A stretch of 64,000 bases of DNA from Vulcanimicrobiota bacterium (GCA_963695225.1 OY968762.1:288001-352000); one strand, 5' to 3'. Numbered from the stretch's first letter, positions 19,451 to 31,900 are shown. Translations and numbers: made by a program. Notes: generated by a model from the letters alone, not told the origin.

Positions 19451-20767
19451 CTACGTGTGGAAGACGGCGTCGGCGGGGAGGCCGGGTTTCAGCGCGCCGG
19501 TCGTGTCCGAGAACTGGATCTTGACGCGGAAGACGAGGTACTCGATGCGTTCTTGCTTGGTCTGGACGTTCTCCGGCGTGAACTCCGCGGTGTTGCTGAT
19601 CTCGGTGACGGTGCCGGTGAACGTCTTCCCCGGCATGCCGTCGATCGTGACGTCTGCCGTCATGCCGGTCTTCACATGCGGCAAGTTCGATTCGCTGATG
19701 TAAACGTTGAGGTAAGGGTGGGCGAGATCGCCGACGGTCAGCACGGCGGAGCCGGGTTGGATGAGGTTGCCGACTTCGAAGTTGTGCGAGATGACGTAAC
19801 CGTCGAACGGGGCGAGGATCTGCGTTTCGCGGACGCGATCTCGCGCGAGCGCGAGTGCGGCGCGCGCCTGGGCGAGTTGCGCTTGCGCCGTGAGGACCTG
19901 CGCTTGGCGCTGCGCGACGAGCTGTTCGCCCGCCTTCGCGGACTGGAGGTTCGCGACCGATTGGCTGCGCTGCGAGCGCGAGGCGCGGACGCCGAGTTCG
20001 CGGATCTGGACGGTGCGGCGGTTCGCTTGCGCGAGGGCGAGCGCGTCGCGCGCCGCTTGAAGCTGCGCGGCGGCGGCGGTGCGGGCGTTCGTCGCGTCGT
20101 CGAGGGCTTGTTGGGCGATATCGCCCGTGGCGGCGAGGCTGCGCGCGCGATCGAGGTTCGTCTGCGCGTGCTTGTCCGCGGCGGCGGCCGCGACGAGTTG
20201 CGCTTGCGCTTGATCGACGGCGAGCGCGGCCGCGTGCGTTTCGATGGCGAGCGTTTCGCCCGCTTGGCCGAGGTTGGATTGCGCGATCGAGACGCCTTCG
20301 CCGGCTTGGGCGAGCGTCGTGGCGTAGGTGGTCTGCTGCAGGCCGTACGCCGCCTGCGCCGCGGCGACTTGCGCGGCCGCGGCGGCGACGCCGGCCCGGG
20401 CTTGATCGAGATCGAGCTTAGGATCGAGCTGCTCGAGGACGGCGAGGACTTGGCCCTTGCGGACGTGATCGCCGTCGCGGACGCGCAGGTCCATGAGGCG
20501 CCCCTGGACCTTCGGGGAGAGGTCGCTTTCGGTCGCCTCGATCGTCCCGGAGGCCTCGATTCCGGCCGGCGGCCGCAGGCGCGCGAAGATGAACCAGGCG
20601 ACGAGGGCGACGACGATCGCCGCGGCGATGAGGATGAGCGGGAGGGGGAGCGGCGCGCCCTTGGCGGGAGGCTGCGGCGGGCCGCCGGAGGGCGCGCCGG
20701 GCTGCGCGCGGGCGGGATCGTTCCGCGGCGCGGCGGGGGTGGGCGCGGCGGGCTCGGCTACGCCCAT
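19451..20767 (-). CDS. HlyD family membrane fusion protein
   Basis: TM anchor, ASGTIEA, Ala/Gln coiled coil, AEFTPENVQT, LKPGLPAD; start moved to ATG 20767. Confidence 0.9.
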   Translation of the reverse strand: MGVAEPAAPTPAAPRNDPARAQPGAPSGGPPQPPAKGAPLPLPLILIAAAIVVALVAWFIFARLRPPAGIEASGTIEATESDLSPKVQGRLMDLRVRDGDHVRKGQVLAVLEQLDPKLDLDQARAGVAAAAAQVAAAQAAYGLQQTTYATTLAQAGEGVSIAQSNLGQAGETLAIETHAAALAVDQAQAQLVAAAAADKHAQTNLDRARSLAATGDIAQQALDDATNARTAAAAQLQAARDALALAQANRRTVQIRELGVRASRSQRSQSVANLQSAKAGEQLVAQRQAQVLTAQAQLAQARAALALARDRVRETQILAPFDGYVISHNFEVGNLIQPGSAVLTVGDLAHPYLNVYISESNLPHVKTGMTADVTIDGMPGKTFTGTVTEISNTAEFTPENVQTKQERIEYLVFRVKIQFSDTTGALKPGLPADAVFHT

Positions 20768-20993
20768 GGAGCGGCCTCGCGCCGCAGGGGCGAGCGCCCG
20801 AATCCGTAGCCGGGCCGGTTGCGCGCCGGGGAGCCGTCGACCATACCATCTCCAAGGGGAACCGACGGTGCGGCCCTGAGAATCGGGTACCGAAAGCGGG
20901 ATGGGCCCAAACGGCGCCCGGTTGGCGGCGGTTGCGTGCTTGCCGCGCGGCTCGCTGTTGCGGTGCCGGTGCTCACGACGGGGGAGAACTGCG

Positions 20994-21404
20994 ATGGGAC
21001 GATCGTCGAAAACGCGAGGGCGCCAGGTGGTTGGGTACGGCTCGCCGTTCGAGAGTGTGATCGGGTTTTCGCGCGCCGTCAGGGTGGGCGACATCATTGC
21101 CGTGGCGGGGACGGCCCCGATGAACGCCGACGGGACGAGCGCGTGCATCGGCGACGTGTACGGCCAAACAAAGCGCTGCATCGAGATCATCGCGGCGGTG
21201 CTTGGGGTGGCGGGGACGGACCTGACGAGCGTGATCCGAACGCGGATCATGCTGACGGACATCACCCGCTGGAAAGAGGCCGCGCGCGCGCACGGCGAGA
21301 CCTTCGCAGAGATCCGCCCCGCCAGCACGTTCGTGCAAGTGAGCGCGTTCATCCGACCGGAATGGCTCGTGGAGATTGAGGCTGACGCGCAGGTTGCGGA
21401 GTGA
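20994..21404 (+). CDS. RidA family protein
   Basis: GFSRAVRVG, IRPASTFVQV, WLVEIEADA. Confidence 0.88.
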   Translation: MGRSSKTRGRQVVGYGSPFESVIGFSRAVRVGDIIAVAGTAPMNADGTSACIGDVYGQTKRCIEIIAAVLGVAGTDLTSVIRTRIMLTDITRWKEAARAHGETFAEIRPASTFVQVSAFIRPEWLVEIEADAQVAE

Positions 21405-21451
21405 ACGGCTTTCGTTGGTTTGGAAGCTAGGTTTACCGCGGGACGATCGCG

Positions 21452-21916
21452 TTAGAGTATAGCCCGCGTGGAGAGTTCGATCGAGCGCGGCACGATCGAA
21501 TCGTTCACGATGTAGGTGAAGATGAACATCCCCACGCCCGCGATCAGCGGCGCGGCCGCGATGCGGTTGAAGGAGACGCCCGAGGTGCGCAGCGCCGTGA
21601 TCTCGTTGTCGGCCGCCATGCGCCCGAACGCGACGAGCGTGGCGAAGAGGCAGCCGAACGGAAACGCCATCGGGATCGATTGCGGCACGCGGAACGCGAG
21701 GAAGCGCAGGATCAGGAAGATGTTCGCGTGCGCGTTGATCAGGTAATCCGCCGCGACGAAGAAGATGTTGATGAACCAGAACAGCATGTAGACGCCGGCC
21801 GAGAACGCGAACGGCCCGGCGAGCTCGCGCAGGATGTACGAATCCATGATCGCCAGGCGCAGGCTTGGGCCCGGCGGTGCGATCGGTGTGGCGCGGACGC
21901 CCGGCAGCGTCGCCAT
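21452..21916 (-). pseudogene. Truncated LptF/LptG family permease (N-terminal part only)
   Basis: MDSYILRELAGPF, GRMAADNEITALRTSGVS motifs, but stops at 154 aa; family members are typically ~350-400 aa. Confidence 0.75.
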
Positions 21917-21924
21917 GCGGGGGC

Positions 21925-22404
21925 CTAGGAGTCGCGCAGAGCCGCCGTAACCCGGGCCACGTAGGCGCGTGTCTCGGCGATCGGCGGCAGGCTGCCGTGC
22001 GCGGCATCGACGGCGCCCGGGCCCGCGTTATACGCCGCCAGCGCCAGGGCCGTATCGTGATGGTAGCGCGCGAGCAGGTCCCGCAGGTACCTGGCCCCTC
22101 CGTGGATGTTGTCTTCGGGGTCGAACCGGTTGATGACGCCGTAGGTAGCCGCCGTGCCCGGCATGAGCTGCATGAGCCCCGCGGCGCCGGCGCGGCTGAT
22201 CGCGTGGGGATCGCCCTTGGACTCGACGCGGATGACCGCCGTCAGCAGCGCCGCCGAGACCCCCGTCTGCGCCGACTCAGCCCGAACAAGCCGCTGGAGC
22301 TGCGTAGCATCCATCGAGTGCAAGCGCGAGGGCAGAAACCCGTCCCCGCCGGAGCAGCCCGCAAAGGCCGCCAGGGCGAGAAGGATCAGAAGGGGGCGTT
22401 TCAC
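21925..22404 (-). CDS. Lytic transglycosylase (SLT domain) lipoprotein
   Basis: Lipobox FAGC; VIRVES, AGAAGLMQLMP, ALAAYNAG, ETRAYV. Confidence 0.92.
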   Translation of the reverse strand: MKRPLLILLALAAFAGCSGGDGFLPSRLHSMDATQLQRLVRAESAQTGVSAALLTAVIRVESKGDPHAISRAGAAGLMQLMPGTAATYGVINRFDPEDNIHGGARYLRDLLARYHHDTALALAAYNAGPGAVDAAHGSLPPIAETRAYVARVTAALRDS

Positions 22405-22598
22405 GTCGCTTGGGGTTTCGGCAGACGGAGCGGGGGTCCGCCTTGGGGGCTGCGTAGAGCTGCTGTGTGCCCTAGCGGATGCCGTCGCCGCCGTGTACCG
22501 GGTGGAAGTGCTCGACTATGCGCTCCCCTTCCCGGAAGTTGCGCGGAGAGCTACGTCTGCAGCGGGGAGCGGCTGCATCAGAGCCCAAGTACCGCTGC

Positions 22599-23336
22599 AT
22601 GGCCAATCTGGAAACCTACCGTGCGCGCTTACTTCAGGCTCAGGAAGTTGTCAAAGCGCACTTCGGTGAGGTCGATGGTGTAGCTGCAGAACACGATGAA
22701 GGGCAGAGGACCGTCGCGCAATCCGAACTGTGGGTCGGCGTCCTTTCTGGGCGCCCGGAACTTCCGGCTCTGAACGCTTCCGTCGATGAATTGGACAGTG
22801 GCCTATATAACTTGGCATCCGGACAATACCGAGAAGCATACGGGAATCTGCGCCTCAGCCTAGAGCTGGGCATGGCAGCGATTCATTTCTCCGTGGAAGA
22901 GCTCGCACTTCGGCAGTGGCTGCGCGACAAGGCAGACATTATATGGTCCAACCTCGTTCAGGATAGCGACAAAGACAAATCCCTATTTACAACGGCCTTC
23001 GTAACAGCCTTCAACGATGATATGGGTGGGCGCTGGAATCAATATAGAACGATCGCAAACTCCCTGCATCGCGAGCTGTCTACTCACGTTCACGGTGCCG
23101 CCTCGACGCGCCGATCGACAAGGACACTATTGTTCAAACGCGAGATAGCGCTTGATTGGCTCACAAAATGTCAGAACGTGCATCTATCCTGGCAGTATAT
23201 TATGCTAGCCCGATATGCTGACCACCTCAGGCTGAACAAAGCGACACTTTCATCGCCCTTTAAGGACATGTTGCGAACGCTATTTGCGTCGATAGAGGAA
23301 ACGAACGGGCTCCTGGCAGAGCTGGGCTGTGTCTGA
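22599..23336 (+). CDS. Hypothetical helical protein with HEPN-like Rx4H motif
   Basis: MANLETY start; LRLSLELG helix; C-terminal RELSTHVH; TGATG overlap with next gene. Confidence 0.6.
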   Translation: MANLETYRARLLQAQEVVKAHFGEVDGVAAEHDEGQRTVAQSELWVGVLSGRPELPALNASVDELDSGLYNLASGQYREAYGNLRLSLELGMAAIHFSVEELALRQWLRDKADIIWSNLVQDSDKDKSLFTTAFVTAFNDDMGGRWNQYRTIANSLHRELSTHVHGAASTRRSTRTLLFKREIALDWLTKCQNVHLSWQYIMLARYADHLRLNKATLSSPFKDMLRTLFASIEETNGLLAELGCV

Positions 23337-24916
23337 TGTCGGATTTCTATTATCGAACGGAAGATATTCGACCTGACAGCATCCTCAAGTACTTTGTCGA
23401 GATTGCTGAAGACCGAGACATCGTCGATGCTCTCAAGCGCAGAAACCCAACCATCCTCGTTGGCAGCCGTGGTACTGGGAAGAGCTTCCTTCTGCGCGTC
23501 GCGGAAGCAGAGCTAAATAGAGACCTGGATTCAGAAAAGGTCTTGGCCGTCTACTCTACGTTCACGATGAGCCCGCTTATCCAGACGACCGATAGGCATC
23601 AATTTACACACTGGATGCTTGCACGGCTTGCAGCCAATCTCGTGCGAGTAGTCAGGCGGCGGTATTCTTCGCTACCTGAGAGTATCAAGAAGATAGGCGG
23701 CATCGCCAATGAGTCAGGTCGGACAGCCATCGAGCGCATTGCGGAGTCGTACGAGGAGTCGTGGACGCACGGGACTGCAGCGCGGATCGATCCAAAAGGT
23801 ATCCCAACTGCGGACAGTTTTAAGGAGGCAGTGGAGGAAACGTGCATAACACTGGGCCTGCAGCGAGTAGCATTCTTTATCGATGAGGCGACTCACATAC
23901 TACTCGCAGAGCAGCAGCGCCAATTCTTTACACTATTTCGCGCCTTGCGTAGCCCGTACTTGACTTGCCACGCCGCAGTCTATCCTGGCGTCACAGCGTA
24001 CGGGGACGCTTTCCAACGGAGCCACGACGCGACATTTTTATATCTAAATAGGGACGTCCTTGCACGCGAGTATATTGATCGCATGCGAGAGGTTATCGAG
24101 AAGCAGGCGGACAGTGCCACGCTAGGTGCTATAGCACGTAACGGAAGCAGCTTTGATCTTCTCGCCTACGCGGCTTCTGGTAACCCTCGACTTCTGCTTA
24201 AGACGCTTAATAGGGCGCCCAAGCTAGGCGCGCACGAAGTTAACGGTGTCATAAGATCGTTCTATCGGAGTGAGTTCTGGAACGATCACACAACGCTGAG
24301 CAATAAGTACGCACCCTATAAGACTTTCATCGATTGGGGAAGAGACTTTCTCGAGAGAGATGTGTTGGGAAAGCTTCGGAACCGAAGCCAGGCTACATCG
24401 TACCTTTACGTTGACAAAAATAGACCTAAGGCAGTGGAGCAGGCCTTGGACTTGCTAGCATACACAGGAATCATCATAGAGCACGAGGCCGGGATGCGTG
24501 GCACGCGCAGCGGCGTTGGTACGCGCTATCTTGTGAACCTCGGCACGCTATTCGCGACTCTCTCCGTTCCAACGTCTGAAGGCATTCTTCTTGTAAAGGC
24601 CTTGTCGCCAAAAAGGTTCGCAGAGTACGGCGCTAATTACCCTGCCTTCCTAGAATTGCAAAAGGCAGCATCGGACCTGCCAAGCGAGTTGGACACGTCG
24701 CCCGTTCTCCGCGAGCAACTGCGGCGCAGTATTGACGTGTTGGATATAACCGAATGGCAGAAGTCAAAACTTCGCGAACTCCGTTTTACGACCTTAGGCG
24801 ACGTATTAAGGGCGACCGATCAGGAATTGCAGGAAGCCTATTATGTAGGCCAGATCCGGTCGCGCCAAATGAAAAATGCAGCCCAAGCGGCGGTCTTTGA
24901 GTACTTGACGGGATAG
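23336..24916 (+). CDS. P-loop ATPase (ORC/CDC6- or STAND-like) with C-terminal RNAP-alpha-CTD-like HhH domain
   Basis: Walker A GSRGTGKS, Walker B FFIDEA, ASGNPR; tail IDVLDITEWQKSKLRELRFTTLGDVLRATDQELQEAYYVGQIR. Confidence 0.72.
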   Translation: MSDFYYRTEDIRPDSILKYFVEIAEDRDIVDALKRRNPTILVGSRGTGKSFLLRVAEAELNRDLDSEKVLAVYSTFTMSPLIQTTDRHQFTHWMLARLAANLVRVVRRRYSSLPESIKKIGGIANESGRTAIERIAESYEESWTHGTAARIDPKGIPTADSFKEAVEETCITLGLQRVAFFIDEATHILLAEQQRQFFTLFRALRSPYLTCHAAVYPGVTAYGDAFQRSHDATFLYLNRDVLAREYIDRMREVIEKQADSATLGAIARNGSSFDLLAYAASGNPRLLLKTLNRAPKLGAHEVNGVIRSFYRSEFWNDHTTLSNKYAPYKTFIDWGRDFLERDVLGKLRNRSQATSYLYVDKNRPKAVEQALDLLAYTGIIIEHEAGMRGTRSGVGTRYLVNLGTLFATLSVPTSEGILLVKALSPKRFAEYGANYPAFLELQKAASDLPSELDTSPVLREQLRRSIDVLDITEWQKSKLRELRFTTLGDVLRATDQELQEAYYVGQIRSRQMKNAAQAAVFEYLTG

Positions 24917-25386
24917 GGAGTAACGGCACGCCGTTTGCGATTCTCGCAACGGTCAACAGAAGTGTGTAATATTGTGCAACTATGTCGGCGTGGCGCGGAC
25001 GCCGTCTAGCGCCGCCAAGGGCGGGTACCCCCACGGAGCGCGGCCATCACGTTGTATCGTTTGGGGTTTACCTGAAATATCCAATCCATCGTCAATGCCT
25101 TTGCGCTCAGAGCGCTAACCGGTTCCTCCAGCGTGCCGCTTGCCCTCACGCATTCTCACGGCGTGCCCTTCCTCCAAAGTGCCCAATCTGCCAACCGCCC
25201 GACGGGCGTACCGCCGATAATCCTGAAATACGATAATTGTCTTGGAGGTCGGGGAACGTGCCAAAGTATACCCTAAGGGGAAAAGGCAGATGCTCGGCGC
25301 CGTTCAAGTGACGGGCGTACTCATCTGCCTTAGTCGCCTCATGGCTAAGTTCTGGTCGAGGGGCGACGCTTGCCCAGGAGGATCGA

Positions 25387-28300
25387 GTGGCGGCGCTTGA
25401 AGAGCTAAAGACAGGGTCTACGGTGAGGGGAGTCCTCTCCAGCGGCGTCGCCACCGTCGTTAGTGTGCAGTGGTACGGTTCCGACGCGGTTGAGCTCACC
25501 TACAAAGACGCGACCGGAAAGGTCGGAAACGAGCTTCTCTACCGCGATAGGGAAGCCGACCTCGAGATCGTCGAGGAAGGGCGCCCGTGGAGCTTCGACG
25601 GAGATGGCGCCCTCTTTCGCCTCGTATCGGAGGCGCAACGCATTCACCTCGCCTATCTGTTCGATCCCGTTCTTGCTGTCCATACGTCGGTAGTAGAACC
25701 GCTGCCGCATCAGATTACCGCCGTCTATGAAAGCATGCTGCCGCGGCAACCACTGCGCTTTCTGCTGGCTGACGACCCGGGAGCCGGGAAGACCATCATG
25801 GCCGGCCTTCTCATTCGTGAACTGATCGCGCGAGGAGACCTGCAGCGATGCTTGATCGTCTGCCCAGGGAGCCTCGCGGAGCAGTGGCAAGACGAACTGT
25901 ACCGGCGCTTCAACCTGCCGTTCGAGATTCTCACGAACGACAAACTCGAGACCGCGCGCACAGGCAACTGGTTCATGGAAACAAATCTAGTGATTGCGCG
26001 GCTCGACAAGTTGTCACGCAATGAAGACCTACAGCAGAAGCTTCAGGCGCCGGATTGTCGGTGGGATCTCATCGTCTGCGATGAGGCGCATAAGATGTCC
26101 GCGACCTTCTTCGGCGGCGAGGTCAAGTACACAAAGCGTTATCGGCTTGGCCAACTCCTCTCTTCGCTAACACGGCATTTCCTGCTCATGACGGCCACGC
26201 CGCATAATGGCAAGGAGGAGGACTTCCAACTCTTCATGGCCCTGCTGGATGGCGATCGTTTTGAGGGCCGATTCCGCGACGGCGCCCATACTGCCGACGT
26301 GTCGGATCTCATGCGCCGCATGGTCAAAGAAAATCTTCTGACTTTCGACGCAAAGCCTCTGTTTCCGGAGCGCTGCGCATATACGGTCCCGTACAAACTG
26401 TCGGACGGCGAGGCCGCGCTCTACAAGGCGGTCACCGAGTACGTGCGTGAGGAGTTCAATCGTGCTGAGGCGCTGGAGAATGACAGGCGCGCTGGAACGG
26501 TCGGGTTCGCTCTCACGATCCTGCAAAGGCGGCTGGCCTCCTCACCGGAGGCGATCTACCAGTCTCTCCGCCGCCGCCGAGAACGCCTCGAAAGCCGGCT
26601 GCGGGAATTGGAGTTGCTTCAGCGCGGAGGCCCAACGGGCGACGCCATCAACGCGCACATCCCCGTATTGGATGACGAAGACGTTGACGACTTGGAAGAC
26701 GCGCCGGATGCGGAAGTCGAGAAAGTTGAGGAGGCGGTCCTTGACGCCGCGACTGCCGCCAGGTCGATCGGAGAGCTCCGGATTGAGATCGGGACGCTAA
26801 AGCGACTCGAGGAATTGGCTTTGTCGATTCGGCGCGGCGGCGACGACAAGAAATGGACTGAGCTCGCGAGCTTGCTCGGAGAGATCTTCAGGCCGGCGTC
26901 CATAATGAATGGTTCGGCGGGGCGGGCGCAGACTGACGATGCGGCCACGTTAGTGCCGCCCACAATCGCCCCATCTCCGCATCAGAAGATCGTCATCTTT
27001 ACCGAACATCGGGACACGCTTAACTACCTTCAGATCCGCATCGGAACGCTGCTGGGGCGATCGCAAGCCATCGTGACAATCCATGGCGGCATGGGACGCG
27101 AGGAACGCTTGAAGGCTCAGGAGGCATTCAAGCACGATCCCGAGGTTCAGGTCTTGCTCGCGACCGATGCGGCGGGCGAGGGCATCAACCTCCAACGCGC
27201 ACACCTGATGGTGAACTACGACCTCCCCTGGAATCCGAATCGGCTGGAACAGCGGTTTGGTCGCATTCATCGGATCGGCCAAACTGAGGTCTGTCACCTT
27301 TGGAACCTGGTCGCGGAAGAAACTCGCGAAGGGGACGTCTATCGCAAGCTGCTCGAAAAGCTCGAGCAGGCGCGTAACGCTTTGGGCGGACAGGTCTTCG
27401 ACGTACTGGGGAAATTGCAATTCGATGGTCGGCCGCTGCGCGAACTGCTCATCGAGGCCATTCGATACGGCGAGAAGCCCGAGGTGCGTGCGCGGCTTAC
27501 GCAAGTCCTTGAGAACGCCCTCGATAGAGAAGCCCTACGGACTCTTCTGGAAGACCACGCGCTGGTGCACGACGCCATGGACGCCTCGCGCGTCTTTCGG
27601 ATACGAGAAGACATGGAACGCGCGGAGGCACGCCGGCTACAGCCGCACTACGTCGAGTCATTCTTTCTGGAGGCATTTCGTCGCCTTGGTGGCGCTGTGC
27701 GGCAGCGCGAAGCAGGACGCTATGAGATCACGCACGTCCCAGCTGTCGTCCGAAGCCGCGACCGCCTTATTGGCGTGGGCGAGCCAGTGCTGCCGCGGTA
27801 CGAACGCATTGCCTTCGCGAAGGCGCTCGTAGCCCCTCAGGGGCAACCGTTGGCGGCCTTCGTCTGCCCGGGCCATCCGCTCCTTAGTTCCGTCATTGAT
27901 ATCACCCTTGAGCGTCACCGTGATCTATTACGACGTGGAGCCATACTTGTTGACGAACGAGACCTCGGCACAGAGCCGCGCATCCTTTTCTTTCTAGAAC
28001 ATGCTATCCAAGATACTGGAATAACGAAGAGCGGGGATCGGCGCATTGTATCGAAGCGCCTGCTCTTTGTCGAAATCGGCAAGGACGGCATTCCACGCCA
28101 TATTAACTACGCCCCATATCTCGACTACCGTCCGCTGGCGGAAAGCGAACCCGGTATCGACGCCATCCTAAGACGTCCCCAGTGCACCTGGATCACGCGT
28201 GACCTTGAGGCAAATGCGCAGGCGTATGCGATCGCAAAGGTGGTTCCTGAGCATCTCTCGGAGGTACGCGATCGCAAGATCGCGCTACTCGCCAAGACCG

Positions 28301-28983
28301 AGGCTGCGGTCAAGGACCGCCTCACGAAGGAAATCAACTACTGGGACTTTCGCGCGGAGCAGCTCAAGGAACAGGAGCGGGCCGGCAAAGCTAACGCAAG
28401 GCTGAACTCGGGTGAAGCGCGTAAGCGCGCGGACGACCTTCAGGCGCGACTCCAAAAGCGGCTCGAGGAGATCAAGCGAGAGCGCCAGCTAGCCCCGCTG
28501 CCGCCCGTCGTGCTCGGCGGGTTGCTGGTGGTGCCGATCGGACTGATCAGGGAAATCAGAGGGACTCCCCCAGTTACCTCGCAAGGCGCAGTTGATACGC
28601 AGGCTGCGGCTGCGAGGGCTCGCGAAATCGTTATGGAGATCGAGCGTGGGCTTGGCTTCGCGCCGGTCGACCGCGAATTTGAAAAGCTTGGCTACGACAT
28701 CGAAAGCGCCATCCCCGGGACTGGACGGCTTCGCTTCCTTGAAGTTAAAGGTCGCATAGCCGATGCCGACACGGTCACCGTAACTAAGAACGAAATTCTG
28801 TATTCGCTCAACAAGCCTGACGACTTCATCCTCGCCATGGTCGCTTTCGGCGCCGACGGGGCGCACGAGGTTCGTTACCTGCGCCGTCCGTTCCACGAAA
28901 AAGGCGTAACGACTGACTTTGCCGGGGCCACCGTCAATTTTCCCTTCGCGCAACTACTCGCTGAAGCGGCTCCACCGGCGTGA
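25387..28983 (+). CDS. SNF2-family helicase with C-terminal DUF3883-like nuclease
   Basis: [42 protein letters not shown]-terminal GYDIES...FLEVKG; AGGAGG SD before GTG. Confidence 0.9.
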   Translation: MAALEELKTGSTVRGVLSSGVATVVSVQWYGSDAVELTYKDATGKVGNELLYRDREADLEIVEEGRPWSFDGDGALFRLVSEAQRIHLAYLFDPVLAVHTSVVEPLPHQITAVYESMLPRQPLRFLLADDPGAGKTIMAGLLIRELIARGDLQRCLIVCPGSLAEQWQDELYRRFNLPFEILTNDKLETARTGNWFMETNLVIARLDKLSRNEDLQQKLQAPDCRWDLIVCDEAHKMSATFFGGEVKYTKRYRLGQLLSSLTRHFLLMTATPHNGKEEDFQLFMALLDGDRFEGRFRDGAHTADVSDLMRRMVKENLLTFDAKPLFPERCAYTVPYKLSDGEAALYKAVTEYVREEFNRAEALENDRRAGTVGFALTILQRRLASSPEAIYQSLRRRRERLESRLRELELLQRGGPTGDAINAHIPVLDDEDVDDLEDAPDAEVEKVEEAVLDAATAARSIGELRIEIGTLKRLEELALSIRRGGDDKKWTELASLLGEIFRPASIMNGSAGRAQTDDAATLVPPTIAPSPHQKIVIFTEHRDTLNYLQIRIGTLLGRSQAIVTIHGGMGREERLKAQEAFKHDPEVQVLLATDAAGEGINLQRAHLMVNYDLPWNPNRLEQRFGRIHRIGQTEVCHLWNLVAEETREGDVYRKLLEKLEQARNALGGQVFDVLGKLQFDGRPLRELLIEAIRYGEKPEVRARLTQVLENALDREALRTLLEDHALVHDAMDASRVFRIREDMERAEARRLQPHYVESFFLEAFRRLGGAVRQREAGRYEITHVPAVVRSRDRLIGVGEPVLPRYERIAFAKALVAPQGQPLAAFVCPGHPLLSSVIDITLERHRDLLRRGAILVDERDLGTEPRILFFLEHAIQDTGITKSGDRRIVSKRLLFVEIGKDGIPRHINYAPYLDYRPLAESEPGIDAILRRPQCTWITRDLEANAQAYAIAKVVPEHLSEVRDRKIALLAKTEAAVKDRLTKEINYWDFRAEQLKEQERAGKANARLNSGEARKRADDLQARLQKRLEEIKRERQLAPLPPVVLGGLLVVPIGLIREIRGTPPVTSQGAVDTQAAAARAREIVMEIERGLGFAPVDREFEKLGYDIESAIPGTGRLRFLEVKGRIADADTVTVTKNEILYSLNKPDDFILAMVAFGADGAHEVRYLRRPFHEKGVTTDFAGATVNFPFAQLLAEAAPPA

Positions 28984-28999
28984 GAAATGGTCTTCCCAT

Positions 29000-31900
29000 A
29001 TGATCGTAAAGACACGAAGAAAACTCATCGAAGTAGCCCTGCCGCTCGACGCAATCAACAAGGCTTGCGCGCGGGAGAAGTCGATCCGTCACGGGCATCC
29101 AAGCACACTGCATTTATGGTGGGCGAGGCGGCCGCTAGCGGCAGCGCGGGCAGTGATCTTCGCTCAAATGGTCGACGATCCGTCGGAATACGTAGATGTG
29201 CTCCGCGCGGACCCGAAGCTGCACCGTAAGGCGGAGACCGCGCTTAAAGCCCGACTGAAGCTTTGGGAGGAAGCCCTTTCCCTCGCCAAGAGGGCCGAGG
29301 GAACGGGGCTTTCGGTCCCGGAACCGGGGCCGGCACCGACCCTCGTCGATATGCTTGAAGATCTGGAGCGCCAGAGGCTCTTCCGAATAATCGAAGATCT
29401 CGTGGTCTGGGAAAACACGACTAACGAAATGGTTCTGCAGGCTGCTCGGGACGAGATCTGGGCAAGCTGGCGTCGCGCCTGCGCGGAGAATGTTGACAAC
29501 CCTCGCGCGAAGGAACTTTTTGATCGCAATGAGCTTCCGGCTTTCCATGACCCCTTCGCCGGTGGCGGTGCGCTGCCGCTCGAGGCGCAGCGGCTGGGGC
29601 TCGAGAGCTACGCCAGCGACCTGAACCCGGTAGCGGTGCTGATTAACAAAGCGATGATCGAGATCCCGCCGAGGTTCGCGGGGAAGCCGCCGGTGAATCC
29701 GGAGTCGCTCGGGGAGGAGTCTCTCATCTCCCGAGATTGGAAGGGCGCTCAGGGCCTCGCCGAGGACGTGCGCTATTACAGCCGGTGGATGCGCAACGAG
29801 GCTGAGAAGCGCATCGGCCACCTGTACCCTAAGGTCGAAGTCACCGCCGAGATGGCGAAGACGCGGCCGGACCTTAAGCCGTACCTTGGTCAAAAGCTCA
29901 CCGTGATAGCCTGGCTTTGGGCCCGCACGGTGAAGAGTCCGAACCCGGCATTCGCGCATGTGGACGTGCCGCTCGCCTCAACCTTTATGCTCTCAACCAA
30001 AGCGGGCAAGGAGGCGTATGTCGAGCCGGTGATTGAGAACGGCGGCTATGGTTTCACGGTAAAGGTTGGAAAGCCGAAGGATGTGGAGGCGGCGAAGATC
30101 GGCACGAAGCCGGGCAGCAGCGGGGGCAGCTTCCTCTGCTTGATGTCGGGGACGCCGATACCGTTTGAGTATCTTCGGTCGGAGGCCAAGGCTGGCCGCA
30201 TGGGCGCGAGGCTAATGGCTATCGTCGCAGAGGGCAACCGAGGCCGGGTCTATCTCGCGCCAACGGCGGAAGCAGAAGCGATCGCTTTGAGCGCGCACCC
30301 AACCGATGTGCCGGAGGCCGAATTGCCTCCGAAGGCGCTTGGTTTTCGTGTTCAGGAATACGGGATGACGCGCTGGCGCGACCTTTTCACTCTCCGCCAG
30401 CTTGCAGCATTGACGACTTTCGCTGACCTGGTGCAGGAGGCGCGCGAGCAGGTGCAGCGCGACGCAATTGCCGCCGGTCTTCCCGATGACGGCCGGCCAC
30501 TCCGCGATCGTGGCGCAGGCGCGACCGCCTACGTTGATGCAGTCGCGGTGTACCTTGCGTTCGCGCTCAGTAAAGTTACTGACCTTGCGAATACGATCGT
30601 AACGTGGCGTACTGACCGCGAATCATCATACCACCTGTTTTCGCGACAGGCGATCCCGATGAGTTGGGATTACTGCGAGCTTAACGCGCTCCTGAAGGGG
30701 ACTGGAAGTCTGATAGGTGCTGCTGATTGGACTGCCGAGAGCATCGAGGGCGTCGCTGCTGGTTATGGTTCACCTTTCGGTGATGCCCGCCAACATGATG
30801 CAACGCGGCAGGACACGTCGCGCGGCAAGGTGGTTTCCACAGACCCCCCTTACTACGACAACATCGGTTACGCAGATCTTTCCGACTTCTTTTATGTCTG
30901 GTTGCGGCGCTCGTTGCGACCGGTCTTTCCGGAGCTCTTCGCGACTCTCGCTGTTCCGAAAGCGGAAGAGCTGGTTGCTACGCCGTTTCGTCATGGCAGC
31001 AAGGAAAAGGCGGAGGCGTTCTTTCTCCACGGCATGACTCAGGCGATGCACCGCCTCGCCGAGCAGGCACATGCTGCGTTCCCGGTTACTATTTACTACG
31101 CTTTCAAGCAATCCGAAACCCAAACTGCGGAAGGCATCTCGAGCACGGGCTGGGAGACGTTCCTCGACGCAGTGATTAGCGCTGGATTCGCAATAACTGG
31201 CACGTGGCCGATGCGCACGGAACTTGGCAATCGCATGGTGGGCTCAGGCACAAACGCCCTCGCCTCCAGCATCGTGCTCGTCTGCCGCGCGCGCGCGGCG
31301 GACGCGCCCTCGGCGACGCGCCGCGAGTTTGTCGCCGCGCTCAGAGCCGAGCTGCCAGTAGCGCTCGCCCACTTGCAGCGCGGAAACATCGCGCCCGTGG
31401 ACCTCGCACAGGCGGCTATCGGCCCTGGCATGTCGGTTTACACCCGCTACATCAAGGTGCTCGACGCCGAAGGTAAGCCGCTTAGCGTGAGCGAGGCTTT
31501 GGCACTCATCAACCAGATTCTCGACGAGGCGCTGGCCGAACAGGAGGGCGACTTCGACGCCGATAGCCGCTGGGCGATCACTTGGTTCGAGCAGATGGGC
31601 TTTACAGAGGGCGAATACGGCGTGGCGGAACAGCTCTCAAAGTCCAAAAACACCAGCGTCGTCGGCATGGTCGAGGCTGGCATCCTCGAGTCGAAGCGCG
31701 GCAAGGTGCGACTACTTAAGCCCGACGAGCTGTCCTCCAACTTGAGCCCGGCCAAGGACTCACGCCTAAGCGCGTGGGCGATCGTCCACCACCTGGTCGG
31801 GGCGCTCGCGAGCCGAGGCGAGAGTGCAGCCGCGGGGCTCGTCGCCACGCTCGGAGCGAACGCCGAGATCGCCCGCGAGCTGGCCTACCGACTATATACC

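Noticed and set aside
16464..20767. ABC exporter as the RiPP transporter
   Set aside because: About 38 kb away and of a generic ABC-2/HlyD type without a peptidase domain
24917..25386. tRNA, att site or small genes in island intergenic gaps (also 37800-38190, 44150-44430)
   Set aside because: No cloverleaf, T-loop or convincing ORF seen by eye; tRNAscan/Infernal would be needed
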